Shown: positions 6,004 through 15,278, counted from the stretch's first letter. The stretch is DNA of 15,566 bases from an uncultured Deferribacteres bacterium (GCA_964014485.1 CAXHAT010000185.1:1-15566), one strand, 5' to 3'. A program made the numbers and translations. The notes: generated by a model not told the origin, from the sequence alone.

Positions 6004-8394
6004 CTAACGCTCCGAAATAACGTCCACTTCAACGCGGCGATTCATCATTCTGCCTTCGGGCAGCGCGTTCGACATAATCGGCGAATCCGGCCCGAATCCC
6101 GCAGAAGAAATACGATCAGCGGGAATGCCGCGCCGAACAAGTTCTTCTTTCACAGCCTGTGCGCGCCGCTGTGACAGACCGACGTTGTAGCCAAGTTCGC
6201 CCAGCGTGTCGGTGAATCCCTTGACTTCGATTCTCGCTTGCGGCGTTTCGCGAAATCGCACTTCGATTTTTTCCAATTCCTTGCGCAAATGCGGCGATTG
6301 CAGGTTTACGCGGAAATCGTCGAAAGCAAAAAACAAGAGCCGCGAACGTTGTATTTCCGGCTCCGAAATCGTATCGCGTCGCACGTATCGAACATCAATC
6401 GGCGGGCCGGAGACATGCGCTTGTTGATCCAGGCTGTCCGTCACCGAAAGAACGTACTTGACGGAATCCTGGAAATTGATTTTGGCGCCTTGACGATCTT
6501 GCCAGCGCCACGGAATTTCGGCGGGCGGCGCGCCGTTTCCAGTGAATTCGCGCAAAATGTACTGATTTGAGCGCGCAAGTGTTAGCCGCCAGTTGTTTAT
6601 CCCGGCCTCGGCGGTCATGCCTTCGGTGAGAAAAACGGCGTTCGGCGTCGAAAATTCCGTCTCGGCGATGGTGCTGTTAAAGGCGGCGAGAATATCTCCC
6701 GAACCGCGTCTTGGCACAATTTCCACTCGGCGATTCTCCTCTCTGCCGCGCGGATCACTGGTCGGCGAAGGCGTTTCCGGAAGATTGCGCGCTTGTACCG
6801 CGATACGATTGGCGGAAATTCCCCATACTTCGACAAGATATTTTTTGACGCTTTCAGCCCTCGCTCGTGAAAGTGTCAGGTTGCCCTGCTCCGCGTCAAC
6901 GTTTGTATTGCAGCCAACTAAAATGATTTGGTAAGCCGGGTTGTCCGTCATTCTGCGGCCAAAAAAGTTCAGACTGTGGCCGTATTGCCCGGCTATGGAA
7001 GGCACGCGTGTAAAAGTTTCTATTTGCGGCAAATCGTCCGCTGTATTTTCTAAAAGAATGTAACGCTCCGGCGGAATTGCGGCGCTGTTTTCCTTGAAAA
7101 ACACAAAATTCAGCAGGGGACGCTCTTCTGAGATGGTCTTGAGTTCCGTGATCACCAGCCGATCCGGTTGTGCGGAGATTTGTGCAGCAAGTTCAGCGCG
7201 CCGGACTCTGACCGGAACGGCCGCCTGTCTTTTGGCGCTCGGCGTTTCACCGGTTAGGGGCAAATTATACAAATTGGGAACCGAGCTTTTCGTCGTTTCA
7301 ACATGAACTGTTGCGGAGTCGCCGGGCGTCAAACGTGCGGGAAATACTTGTGCTGAGATGTTGTCCGGCGTGCTCTCAATAGCAAGTCGCACCGGATTTG
7401 ACAGTGCTTTCCCAGGCGCAAGCGTGACCTTGAATTGCAAATTTTTTCCTGGAATGACGCCCTTCAAAGCTTCCCTGCTTGGGGTGATCATCAATTCAAA
7501 ATCATCCGCAAAGTCGGGCTTGCGTTTCCGGCGGAAATCATAGCTGAGGGTCAGGTGGAGCGAACCGTTGGTGATTTCATTAGCTGAAGTGGTTGGATAA
7601 TCGTATTCAAAATCGAGCCGCCAATTTTGCAGACGATAGGCGGCGCCCAAAATCATTTTTTCGGATTGCAGATAACCTCGTAACATGGCGCGCTCGTTGA
7701 GCAGCCAGCTTTCGAGTCCAAAATTGAAATAAGTCTGACCTTCTTCGCGCTCCAGGCTGAATTGCGGGCGCAATGCACGGTGCATGTAAATGGCGCCAAA
7801 ACTAAATCGGTTTTCCAAAGCGGCGAGGCCTCCGGCAAGCGAAATATCCGGCTTGTTGAGATGATCGACGCTGAGGCCAAAATAGAATTCTTTAAAAACA
7901 TTCGCCGTGACGCCCGCCCCAAAATCGATGCTGGACTTTGACGCGCCGCCGGAAAGCAAGGGATCGTTTTGTTCCCGCAAATCGAATTTTTCGGCGTCGT
8001 AGGAAGTGGAGAGCATTCCCGCGCTGACGCCAAACGCGATTTTCTTGCCGCCGATTTTGAAAGGGAAAGCATAGCTCAAGCCGCCGCGCAGCGTGTTGAA
8101 AAGCGGCGCTTGAAACCAGCGCGCGTTGACGCCGATAGCGCCGGCTTTGGAGAGATTGAACCCCACGCCGGAGTAAAAAGTCCCAAAGCTTTCTCCGGCC
8201 AAAGAGAGATGCGGGCGCTGGTAGCCGGAAACAAACAAACCGTTTTCGCGAACCCCCAACGCTGCGGGATTGGTAAACAGCGCTCTGGGATCATGAAAAT
8301 TTGCGACGTTGGCTGGGATTTGCGTCTGCGATTTTGCGGATGAAATGAGAAAAATGAGAAAATAGAATGCGGCGCATGCAGTGTTTTTTTTCAT
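6004..8394 (-). CDS. PorP/SprF-like outer-membrane beta-barrel fused to two OmpA-like peptidoglycan-binding domains
   Basis: Signal peptide. N-terminal NPAALG, alternating beta strands, DFGAG, GLSVDHLNKPDIS and a barrel end at LTLSYDF. Two OmpA-C motifs: NLTLSRARAESVKKYL...ENRRVEI and GFTDTLG...YNVGLSQRRAQAV...MNRRVEV. Confidence 0.8.
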   Translation of the reverse strand: MKKNTACAAFYFLIFLISSAKSQTQIPANVANFHDPRALFTNPAALGVRENGLFVSGYQRPHLSLAGESFGTFYSGVGFNLSKAGAIGVNARWFQAPLFNTLRGGLSYAFPFKIGGKKIAFGVSAGMLSTSYDAEKFDLREQNDPLLSGGASKSSIDFGAGVTANVFKEFYFGLSVDHLNKPDISLAGGLAALENRFSFGAIYMHRALRPQFSLEREEGQTYFNFGLESWLLNERAMLRGYLQSEKMILGAAYRLQNWRLDFEYDYPTTSANEITNGSLHLTLSYDFRRKRKPDFADDFELMITPSREALKGVIPGKNLQFKVTLAPGKALSNPVRLAIESTPDNISAQVFPARLTPGDSATVHVETTKSSVPNLYNLPLTGETPSAKRQAAVPVRVRRAELAAQISAQPDRLVITELKTISEERPLLNFVFFKENSAAIPPERYILLENTADDLPQIETFTRVPSIAGQYGHSLNFFGRRMTDNPAYQIILVGCNTNVDAEQGNLTLSRARAESVKKYLVEVWGISANRIAVQARNLPETPSPTSDPRGREENRRVEIVPRRGSGDILAAFNSTIAETEFSTPNAVFLTEGMTAEAGINNWRLTLARSNQYILREFTGNGAPPAEIPWRWQDRQGAKINFQDSVKYVLSVTDSLDQQAHVSGPPIDVRYVRRDTISEPEIQRSRLLFFAFDDFRVNLQSPHLRKELEKIEVRFRETPQARIEVKGFTDTLGELGYNVGLSQRRAQAVKEELVRRGIPADRISSAGFGPDSPIMSNALPEGRMMNRRVEVDVISER

Positions 8395-8421
8395 GGGAGG
8401 GAACTCGATGATGCAAACTGA

Positions 8422-9141
8422 CTATAGAGATTCTTGCAATTCAACGACGATGCGTTTGTTAATTCGACCTTTGCTTTTGTAGCCGGTAATTTTAATCGGG
8501 CCGACTTCTTGGGTGTTTTGTACGTGCGTGCCGCCGTCGGCTTGCAGGTCGAGACCGACGATTTCGACAGTGCGGACTTCGGAAATCTGCGGGGGCAGCA
8601 GATTGATTTTGGTGCGAATCAAATCGGGAATTTGAAACGCTTCGTCTCGCGGCAAAATTTTGACCTGAATGGGTCGCGTCGCTTCGACTTCAGCGTTGAT
8701 CTTCGCTTCAATTTCATCGATCAGCGAACGTTCCATCCTTTCGAACTCAAAATCCAGCCTGCCGCGCAACGGTTCCATATTGCCGCCGGTGACTTGCGCC
8801 TGATAGTCGCGCCAAATCACGCCGCAGAGAATGTGCAGGCACGTATGCGTGCGCATCAATTGGTAGCGCCGCGTCCATTGCACTTCAACGGTGACGGAAT
8901 CGTCCTGACTTAACCCGTCGAGGTTGTCGATCAAATGCACAATTTCTCCGTCGATGCGCTTGACGTTGGTGATTGGAAATTCTCCATTCGCGCTTCGCAA
9001 AACGCCGCGATCCGCCGGTTGCCCGCCGCCGCCGGGGTAGAGAGCAGTTTGATCGAGTACAACACCCTTGCCTGTGACCTTGGCGACCGTCGCTTCGCAG
9101 GATTTTTGATAACTGTCAGTGTGGCAAATGAGTTTGGTCAT
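8422..9141 (-). CDS. alaX: Alanyl-tRNA editing protein (AlaX-M type, freestanding tRNA deacylase)
   Basis: LDQTALYPGGGGQPADRG, MRTHTCLH (HxxxH), GRLDF and QADGGTHV. 239 aa fits AlaX-M. Confidence 0.92.
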   Translation of the reverse strand: MTKLICHTDSYQKSCEATVAKVTGKGVVLDQTALYPGGGGQPADRGVLRSANGEFPITNVKRIDGEIVHLIDNLDGLSQDDSVTVEVQWTRRYQLMRTHTCLHILCGVIWRDYQAQVTGGNMEPLRGRLDFEFERMERSLIDEIEAKINAEVEATRPIQVKILPRDEAFQIPDLIRTKINLLPPQISEVRTVEIVGLDLQADGGTHVQNTQEVGPIKITGYKSKGRINKRIVVELQESL

Positions 9142-9159
9142 GAGATAAATTCCTTGCGC

Positions 9160-10476
9160 TTAAATATGCCACGGGCTGCGCATCGGACGCGAGAGCATAC
9201 GGTCGGCTTCGGGATCATCGACGAAACGCTCGCGGGCGTCGTCCCATTGCACGGGACGGCCAAGGCGCATGGCGATCACGCCGAGATGTCCGACCATAAT
9301 CGAATGATGCGCCACTTCCGCCGGGGTAATTGTTTCCTCGCGTAATTTGACGCAATCCAAAAAATTTTGATGATGATCATTGCTCTCGTAAAGGCGGGTT
9401 TCGTTTGGGCCAATGCGCTCGCGGAGAATGGATTTCGGCTCGGCGGTGAGCTTGTTGCCGCGAGCAACGTGAACCCAACCTCCCGTGCCAATAAAATGCG
9501 CGCCCATGCCCTTCGGCTGCTGGTCGCTGTCGGCGACGATCATGGTGAAGCCTTCCTCGTACTTGCACTCAAAATAGTAAGACTCCGGCGTATCGAAAAT
9601 GCCGTCTTTTGCCGGCGGATATTCCGTTTTACCCCAGATTTCAACCGGCCCTTTGCGCTCAACGCCCATGCCCCAATTGGCAATATCGCAATGATGCCCG
9701 GCCCAATCCGTCAGTTGGCCTTGCGAATAATCGCTGATCCAGCGAAAATTCCAGTGACAACGCGCGGGAGAATAGGGCCGCCACGGCGCCGGGCCGAGCC
9801 ACATGTCGTAATCAAACCATTCCGGCGGGTCGGTCGGTTGTGCGCTCAGTTTTCGAACATTGTTGCCCTGCGGCAGGCCGACGCGAACGGTGTGCACCTC
9901 GCCGATTCTTCCGTTGCGCACCAACTCGCAGGCAAAACGAAAATGGCGCTGCGAGCGCTGCCAGCTTCCCGTCTGCCAAATCACGCCGTAGCGTTCCACC
10001 GCGTCCACAATAGCACGGCCTTCAGAAATGGTGAAGCCAAGCGGTTTTTCGCCGTAAATATCTTTGCCTTTGCGCGCTGCCGCCACTGCGATGACGGCGT
10101 GCCAGTGATCTGGCGTAGCGAGAGAAATCGCGTCAATATCGTCGCGCGCGATCACGTCTCGGAAATCTTTGTAGAGCGTGCAATCCTTGTTTTTATAAGC
10201 TGTGTTGACCATGTCGGCGGCGGCTTCGTTATGCTTTCGATCCACGTCGCAAACGGCAAGGACGTGCGCGTCGTTTTTTTGCAAAAAGCTGCGCATATTT
10301 CCCGTGCCCATGCCGCCCACGCCGATGCATCCGATGGTGATGCGGTCGCTCGGCGGCGTAAAACCGTTCTTTCCCAGCGCGGAAGCGGGAACGATGGAAG
10401 GTAGAGCCAACAGTCCGAGCGCCTTGCCGCTGGTTTTTAGAAAATTCCGTCGATTCAGATTTAGCCTTTCAGTCAT
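9160..10476 (-). CDS. Tat-exported Gfo/Idh/MocA family NAD(P)-dependent oxidoreductase
   Basis: Twin-arginine NRRNFLK, Rossmann motif IGVGGMG, ATPDHWH, EKP motif, QTGSWQRS and DWAGHHCD. SD-like GGAGA upstream. Confidence 0.92.
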   Translation of the reverse strand: MTERLNLNRRNFLKTSGKALGLLALPSIVPASALGKNGFTPPSDRITIGCIGVGGMGTGNMRSFLQKNDAHVLAVCDVDRKHNEAAADMVNTAYKNKDCTLYKDFRDVIARDDIDAISLATPDHWHAVIAVAAARKGKDIYGEKPLGFTISEGRAIVDAVERYGVIWQTGSWQRSQRHFRFACELVRNGRIGEVHTVRVGLPQGNNVRKLSAQPTDPPEWFDYDMWLGPAPWRPYSPARCHWNFRWISDYSQGQLTDWAGHHCDIANWGMGVERKGPVEIWGKTEYPPAKDGIFDTPESYYFECKYEEGFTMIVADSDQQPKGMGAHFIGTGGWVHVARGNKLTAEPKSILRERIGPNETRLYESNDHHQNFLDCVKLREETITPAEVAHHSIMVGHLGVIAMRLGRPVQWDDARERFVDDPEADRMLSRPMRSPWHI

Positions 10477-10505
10477 CAGCTTTCAATTCTCCGCTTAAGT
10501 TATCA

Positions 10506-11552
10506 TTATAGAAAATTTTTGACCCAGCCTTTCTGCGTCAATACGTCTAACGCTAGTTCAATCTGACGACGGGTAAATTGTTTTTTTCTGACGTTCCACG
10601 CATAGGTTTTTTTCACAACGTCGTCAACCGATAGAGCTTTCCCTCTGGTGCAAACCCAATGAATCGTTGATAGTAGTTCCAGTCCGAAAGGGGATTCAAA
10701 TCCTTCAACCAGATTCGAAACCTTTTCAAAATTGGCAAGCGTATCCGCTCTTGTTTTGAGGAATGCTTTAGCTTCATCGAGTGCGCCCGGCACAACTTGC
10801 AATGGTTTGTCGGGTGCATCACCGCCATCAGCGTAACCAGAAACAAAGTGTCCTTCAATAACATGCAGTACATGCCGGAGGTTCTCGGCATAGGGGCCAT
10901 AAGCTGCCTTCTTGAATTTTAAACGCAGGGGTTCGTCTGCGGCTTGCATAAAATACATGAGTTTATGTACTTCCAAAAGTGTGACAAATGGGTCAAGCAA
11001 TCCGCTGAGATAGCGATGCATCAACCCGACCAATGCTGCTCTTCCAGGTGTCATCTTTGGCACAGGCGTTGAGCTGTTGATTCGTACATCTACCGGCGCA
11101 CCACCCGGCTCAAAGATAATAATTTTAAGGTCAACAAATTCACGCATAGCAGCTTCAATACGCTGGCGTACGTCACTCCAATTCAACCCGCCTAGCCCAC
11201 TGCCAAGTGGAGGAATGGCAATCGATTCGATACGACGCAGCCGAATTTCCTCCGCCAATGCATCTAGTCCGGCCTCGATGTCTTCCATTCGGCTTTTGCC
11301 CCGCCAGTGACGCTTGGTTGGAAAGTTGATGATGTAGTGGGGGTAGGTTAACAGCCCCGTTTTATAGGTAAACATACGACCCGGGAGGACTTCGTGTTGT
11401 TTACAAGCAACTGAATAGGCATTATAATTCGCAGGAAAAGCTTTTTTAAATTGCAAAGCTATACCGCGCCCCATAACACCGACGCAGTTAACAGTATTAA
11501 CCAGCGCTTCAACGTCTTCTGAGAGAATGTCGCCTGTCTTAAATTCAAGCAT
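10506..11552 (-). CDS. darG: DarG antitoxin, macrodomain DNA ADP-ribosyl glycohydrolase (DarG2 type)
   Basis: Macrodomain motifs ALVNTVNCVGVMGRGIALQFK, NFPTKRHWR (catalytic Lys context) and PPLGSGLGGL. DarG-type C-terminal region YGPYAENL...EGFESPFGLELLST. Begins 14 bp downstream of darT. Confidence 0.95.
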   Translation of the reverse strand: MLEFKTGDILSEDVEALVNTVNCVGVMGRGIALQFKKAFPANYNAYSVACKQHEVLPGRMFTYKTGLLTYPHYIINFPTKRHWRGKSRMEDIEAGLDALAEEIRLRRIESIAIPPLGSGLGGLNWSDVRQRIEAAMREFVDLKIIIFEPGGAPVDVRINSSTPVPKMTPGRAALVGLMHRYLSGLLDPFVTLLEVHKLMYFMQAADEPLRLKFKKAAYGPYAENLRHVLHVIEGHFVSGYADGGDAPDKPLQVVPGALDEAKAFLKTRADTLANFEKVSNLVEGFESPFGLELLSTIHWVCTRGKALSVDDVVKKTYAWNVRKKQFTRRQIELALDVLTQKGWVKNFL

Positions 11553-11566
11553 TTTTACGCCCTAAT

Positions 11567-12214
11567 TTAATAGTACCAGTCAGGCTTAATTTCTACTGGA
11601 GGTTTTTCCTGAAACGACGACTGGATTTCATTGACTTGATTTTTGATAGATTGAGATATTACACCGACACGAGTTATGAGCTTCCATGGGAACCTTTGTT
11701 CGATCAGGAACTCTGCTTGTTTTCTCTCTTTACATTGTTGCCAGTTTGTTTCTTGCACCGCAGCCCAGTCAATTTCGTCTAAATTTCTCAAGTCACACCG
11801 ATCTTCAAAGTAGTAGGCGCCAGCATTAGAAAGAGTGAAAGCCCAGCGTAAGCCGTGTTCGTTTGCCCAATTAACAGTTTGATACATATCTGCTTCCAAG
11901 TGAATAATCGAGCTTTGTCCACCCAAATATGATAAATCGGGACTATTCGCCTTGTATATCAAAAAAAGCATAATAGATCGCGGGCAAAAATAGAATGGTA
12001 CACAAGCACCAACATGTAAATCCTGATAGCTGCTCAACTTCAGTTTAAAGAGCCGGCGTTGCTTAATGTGGTTCATGCCAATTGTGGTGCCGGATGGAGC
12101 GCGGCTCTCGACTTCAGCATCACACCAAATGTTAGAATTCCTAATGATCGACGATAATCTATCGACATGAACGATATGATAAATCTTGGGTTCATCTGGG
12201 ATTTTCATACTCAT
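11567..12214 (-). CDS. darT: DarT toxin, ssDNA ADP-ribosyltransferase (DUF4433)
   Basis: IYHIVH, IKQRR, VPFYFCPRSIML, AFTLSNA, catalytic QAEFL and C-terminal WYY. Paired with the macrodomain darG. Confidence 0.95.
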   Translation of the reverse strand: MSMKIPDEPKIYHIVHVDRLSSIIRNSNIWCDAEVESRAPSGTTIGMNHIKQRRLFKLKLSSYQDLHVGACVPFYFCPRSIMLFLIYKANSPDLSYLGGQSSIIHLEADMYQTVNWANEHGLRWAFTLSNAGAYYFEDRCDLRNLDEIDWAAVQETNWQQCKERKQAEFLIEQRFPWKLITRVGVISQSIKNQVNEIQSSFQEKPPVEIKPDWYY

Positions 12215-12288
12215 TCGCTATACTGGTCAGTTCAGCAAAATGCTGCAATCAATAACTCCTGTTTGACCAAGTCCCGACTTTCCTGCAG

Positions 12289-14094
12289 CTATGATTTTTT
12301 GAGTTCATTTGCAGCACGACTCAGTGTTTTCAACAACGCTTTACCTTGGTTCACCAAATCAGCCGAAGCGCCATAGCTTTGAATGTTTTTGTACTTAAAT
12401 TCCTCAAAAAGCGTCGCAAGCGCGTCGAGTTCTTTTCTGACGGACTCATTTCCTTCTGCACCAAGCGCTTCCTGAAGAATGCGCAGTTTTTCAAAATCCT
12501 GAAAACCTTCGCGCAGGCGTTCGAAGCGCACAGAACTGCGCGCACCGGGATAAATGAGAAACGTATCGCCCGCCGACCAGGTGACAAATCGTGAATCGTA
12601 CAATGGATTTGCAGGCCAGCTATTGTAAGCCCAACGCAAAAAGCCGGTGTAGCCGTTGGCGGCGGCAAACCAGCCAATCAGGGCGGCGTCAGCGGGAGGG
12701 GAAGCGGTGAAAGAATTCGGAAATCTGTTGCTGCACGAAGTGTAAAAAGTTGTGTGAAGCCCTTCAGCTTTTCGTTTGGCGAGCACGCCCTCTGGCATTG
12801 TCTGGCTGATCTGCGGGCTGAAGTCGTAAATGTCGCCGTCGATCTCTTCGTGATAATTTCCGGCCAAGACGATTTTCAACTTGGGAGATACGTCTTTAAC
12901 CAATTTGATCACCGCCTTCATCGCGTCCAGACCGCGTTCGTCCATGGCGATGCAAGTTTTCTCCAGCCAGCCGCGATTGTCAAGAAATTTGGCGAATTCG
13001 GTGAGAAACGGCCGCCAATGTTCAACAAAAGCTTCGCTGCCGGCTTCTGCGCGAACGTATTTGTAAAGGCCGGTCGCTTCATCAAAATATCTGAAACTGT
13101 TCGACCAGGGAACCATCGAATAGCAATTGATTTGCTCCGTGATCCCTTGTTCCAAGCAGAACTCGACCCACTTTTCGAAAACGCTAAAATCGTAGATCCA
13201 CTCACCGTTTTTCTGCTTGGTCCACTCGATCATTGCCTGATAATCGTGGTAAGTTTGCCCGCCCCAAGGTTCATGCACCAAGCTGGTGGTGATGCATTTT
13301 TGCCCGGCCTCCGCCAGCGTTTTGATCAACGGTTTTAAAAGCTGCCAATGTTCGTTTGACCACGGCTTGACGTCATGAAAGCGCGCCACAGACCACGGGT
13401 CTTGCCAAAGATCAAGGTGAAAACTCCACTCACTCGGCGATGGAAGCGTCATCGGCGAGACTTCAAGTTCAACCTCAAATGTAAGCGGGGAATTCGCTTC
13501 CGATAAAACGGAAACGACGCCTTGATAAACGCCGGGATTGGCGTCAGCGGGAACGTCAATCGTCAGCCAGACTGGTCGAGCGGATTGCGCCGGAATGTCG
13601 AGCCTTTCGATGTTGTCGAGCATATCCGGCTCCAGCGAGGTCGGCAGGCCGTCTCTATAGCCGCACTTTCCATTGGCCGGATCCGCGAGCACGTAGCGTA
13701 CGAAACGGGTTTCAATGTGGGCGTTTTTTAAAGTCTTGCCGTCGTCGGTTTTTAATTCAGAGCTTCGTAGATGCGTCTGCCGAGCGCCGTTTGCGCTCCA
13801 AAGCAACAACTTAGTGTGAACGCGCTCTCCTCGCCACGCCGTCCCCCGCCATTTTTTCGTTGTCGTCAAACGCGGCTCCGCATGCCGCGGATACCTTCGA
13901 TCCAGGGATGCGAATAAACCGTGCAATCCGGGCGAAACCAACTGCCAGCGCTCATCGCGAACGACAGTTTGATCGTCGGGCTCAAAACGTGCTTTTGCGT
14001 ATCGTTTTTGAGCCTGTGCGCCGCCGCCGATAAGAAGCGCCAGCAGTAGGGCGGTTTGGATGGAAGTCGAGAAAGAGTTGAAAAATCGGGGCAT
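12289..14094 (-). CDS. Secreted DUF4091-containing glycoside hydrolase, GH123-like (putative beta-N-acetylgalactosaminidase)
   Basis: Signal peptide. AWRGER, FHLDLWQDPWSVAR, INCYSMVPW, adjacent Asp-Glu pair (IAMDER), GFLRWAYNSW and GDTFLIYPGARSSVRFERLREGFQDFEK. Confidence 0.85.
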   Translation of the reverse strand: MPRFFNSFSTSIQTALLLALLIGGGAQAQKRYAKARFEPDDQTVVRDERWQLVSPGLHGLFASLDRRYPRHAEPRLTTTKKWRGTAWRGERVHTKLLLWSANGARQTHLRSSELKTDDGKTLKNAHIETRFVRYVLADPANGKCGYRDGLPTSLEPDMLDNIERLDIPAQSARPVWLTIDVPADANPGVYQGVVSVLSEANSPLTFEVELEVSPMTLPSPSEWSFHLDLWQDPWSVARFHDVKPWSNEHWQLLKPLIKTLAEAGQKCITTSLVHEPWGGQTYHDYQAMIEWTKQKNGEWIYDFSVFEKWVEFCLEQGITEQINCYSMVPWSNSFRYFDEATGLYKYVRAEAGSEAFVEHWRPFLTEFAKFLDNRGWLEKTCIAMDERGLDAMKAVIKLVKDVSPKLKIVLAGNYHEEIDGDIYDFSPQISQTMPEGVLAKRKAEGLHTTFYTSCSNRFPNSFTASPPADAALIGWFAAANGYTGFLRWAYNSWPANPLYDSRFVTWSAGDTFLIYPGARSSVRFERLREGFQDFEKLRILQEALGAEGNESVRKELDALATLFEEFKYKNIQSYGASADLVNQGKALLKTLSRAANELKKS

Positions 14095-14196
14095 GTTTTA
14101 GATCTGTAAATTTGCTTAATCTGGAGTCATTGGCGGGAAATGTAGTCCGCGAAAATCAGCGACGCAATAAAACTCGTCCTGAGTCGAATCTGAAGA

Positions 14197-14535
14197 TTAT
14201 CGCGGTGCGTCGAATGCCTTGATGGCGCGTTTCGGAGCCACGTTTCGCCATGCCGAAATGAGCAAAAGCTCGAACTGTCCGGGATCGACGTGATCCAGAT
14301 GCGCATTTGTCCATCCCTGGTGCTCCCATGGCGCAAGGGAAAAAGCTTTCGGGTGCGCCGCGACGACTGAACTTTGGTCGGCCAACGAGAGTTTGAGCAC
14401 GGCGCGTCGTTCGTCTTCCCAGAGCGTAGCAAAGATTTTGTTTCTCACACGAAACGACGGTTTGCCCTAATGATCTTTTTCTTTGGCTTCCGGCAGCGCC
14501 AGAGCCAATTCACGCACTTTTTCACAGGATAACAT
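14197..14535 (-). pseudogene. MmcQ/YjbR family DNA-binding protein with one in-frame TAG at codon 23
   Basis: Manual translation from ATG 14535: MLSCEKVRELALALPEAKEKDH*GKPSFRVRNKIFATLWED...HQGWT...LLISAWRNVAPKR. The TAG lies at 14469-14467. Both sides are in one frame (113 codons including the final stop) and look like YjbR. Confidence 0.8.
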
Positions 14536-14559
14536 TTCTTTCTCTCAACTTTAAATTTT

Positions 14560-15249
14560 CTAATCACTAAAAATGAAAAATCCATACCCGCCCGGATCGC
14601 GAATGATGATGTTGTCGACCAAGCCGTCTTTGTTAAAATGCGTGATTTCTTCGGCGATTGGAATCTTCAACTCTCTGATTTTTTCGATAACGGCGGGATT
14701 GTTTTTACCATTGAAATAAGTCAGGGACGGATTGAAAAACAAGTGCGGACAACTTAGCGGTTTCATCAGACTCACGGTCAAATCGTCTTCGTTCTTCAGC
14801 CCAATCCAGCCTTGCTCAACGGAGCCCATGCTTTTGGAAAAGCCTAAGGTTTGCCAGATTTCCAGCGAGTTCTGCATCGCGGTCGTTTCCAGACTGAGAC
14901 CGGCGTAATTGCCCAAAACCGAAGGCGAAATTTCGGACAAATCAAAATCCGGACTTTCGTCTGTTTCAATGAGATAAATCCAGACGTTACTCGGATCGCC
15001 CAAGAGATAGCCGTCGTCAATTTTTATGACGGAAGCCAACGCTTCCAGTTTTTGCACCGTCTCTTCCCAACTCGCGCCGAAGAGCTTGACTCCGGCGCGT
15101 GCAAATCTGTTTTCGTTAATTTCGATCACTGCCTTGCCGTCTGAAACGAGAGTCATTTCATCAGATGGGATGGTTTTGAAATTCAGTTTTGCATAGAAAT
15201 CGAGGCTGTTTTGCAAGCCGTTTGTTGGTGTATGAATGATGGTCTTCAT
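14560..15249 (-). CDS. Two-domain VOC/glyoxalase-like protein of unknown function
   Basis: Repeated VOC-like pattern: SLDFYAKLNF...LGDPSNVWIYL and SLEIWQTLGF...IRDPGGYGFFI. The ATG at 15249 is preceded by AGGAG and is preferred over 15276. Confidence 0.7.
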   Translation of the reverse strand: MKTIIHTPTNGLQNSLDFYAKLNFKTIPSDEMTLVSDGKAVIEINENRFARAGVKLFGASWEETVQKLEALASVIKIDDGYLLGDPSNVWIYLIETDESPDFDLSEISPSVLGNYAGLSLETTAMQNSLEIWQTLGFSKSMGSVEQGWIGLKNEDDLTVSLMKPLSCPHLFFNPSLTYFNGKNNPAVIEKIRELKIPIAEEITHFNKDGLVDNIIIRDPGGYGFFIFSD

Positions 15250-15278
15250 TTTGTCTCCTGTTTTAAAATTTTGCATTC

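Noticed and set aside
9367..10404. 345-aa plus-strand ORF, and similar long antisense ORFs at 1104-1745, 4064-4723 and 12754-13338
   Set aside because: These are antisense shadows of well-supported genes in GC-rich coding DNA and have no motifs.
10477..12290. CAGCT direct repeat on both sides of darTG as a target-site duplication
   Set aside because: It is only 5 bp, expected by chance, and would place the oxidoreductase ribosome-binding site inside the insert.
14467..14469. Genome-wide TAG recoding
   Set aside because: Several full-length genes in the window end at TAG at their expected C-termini.
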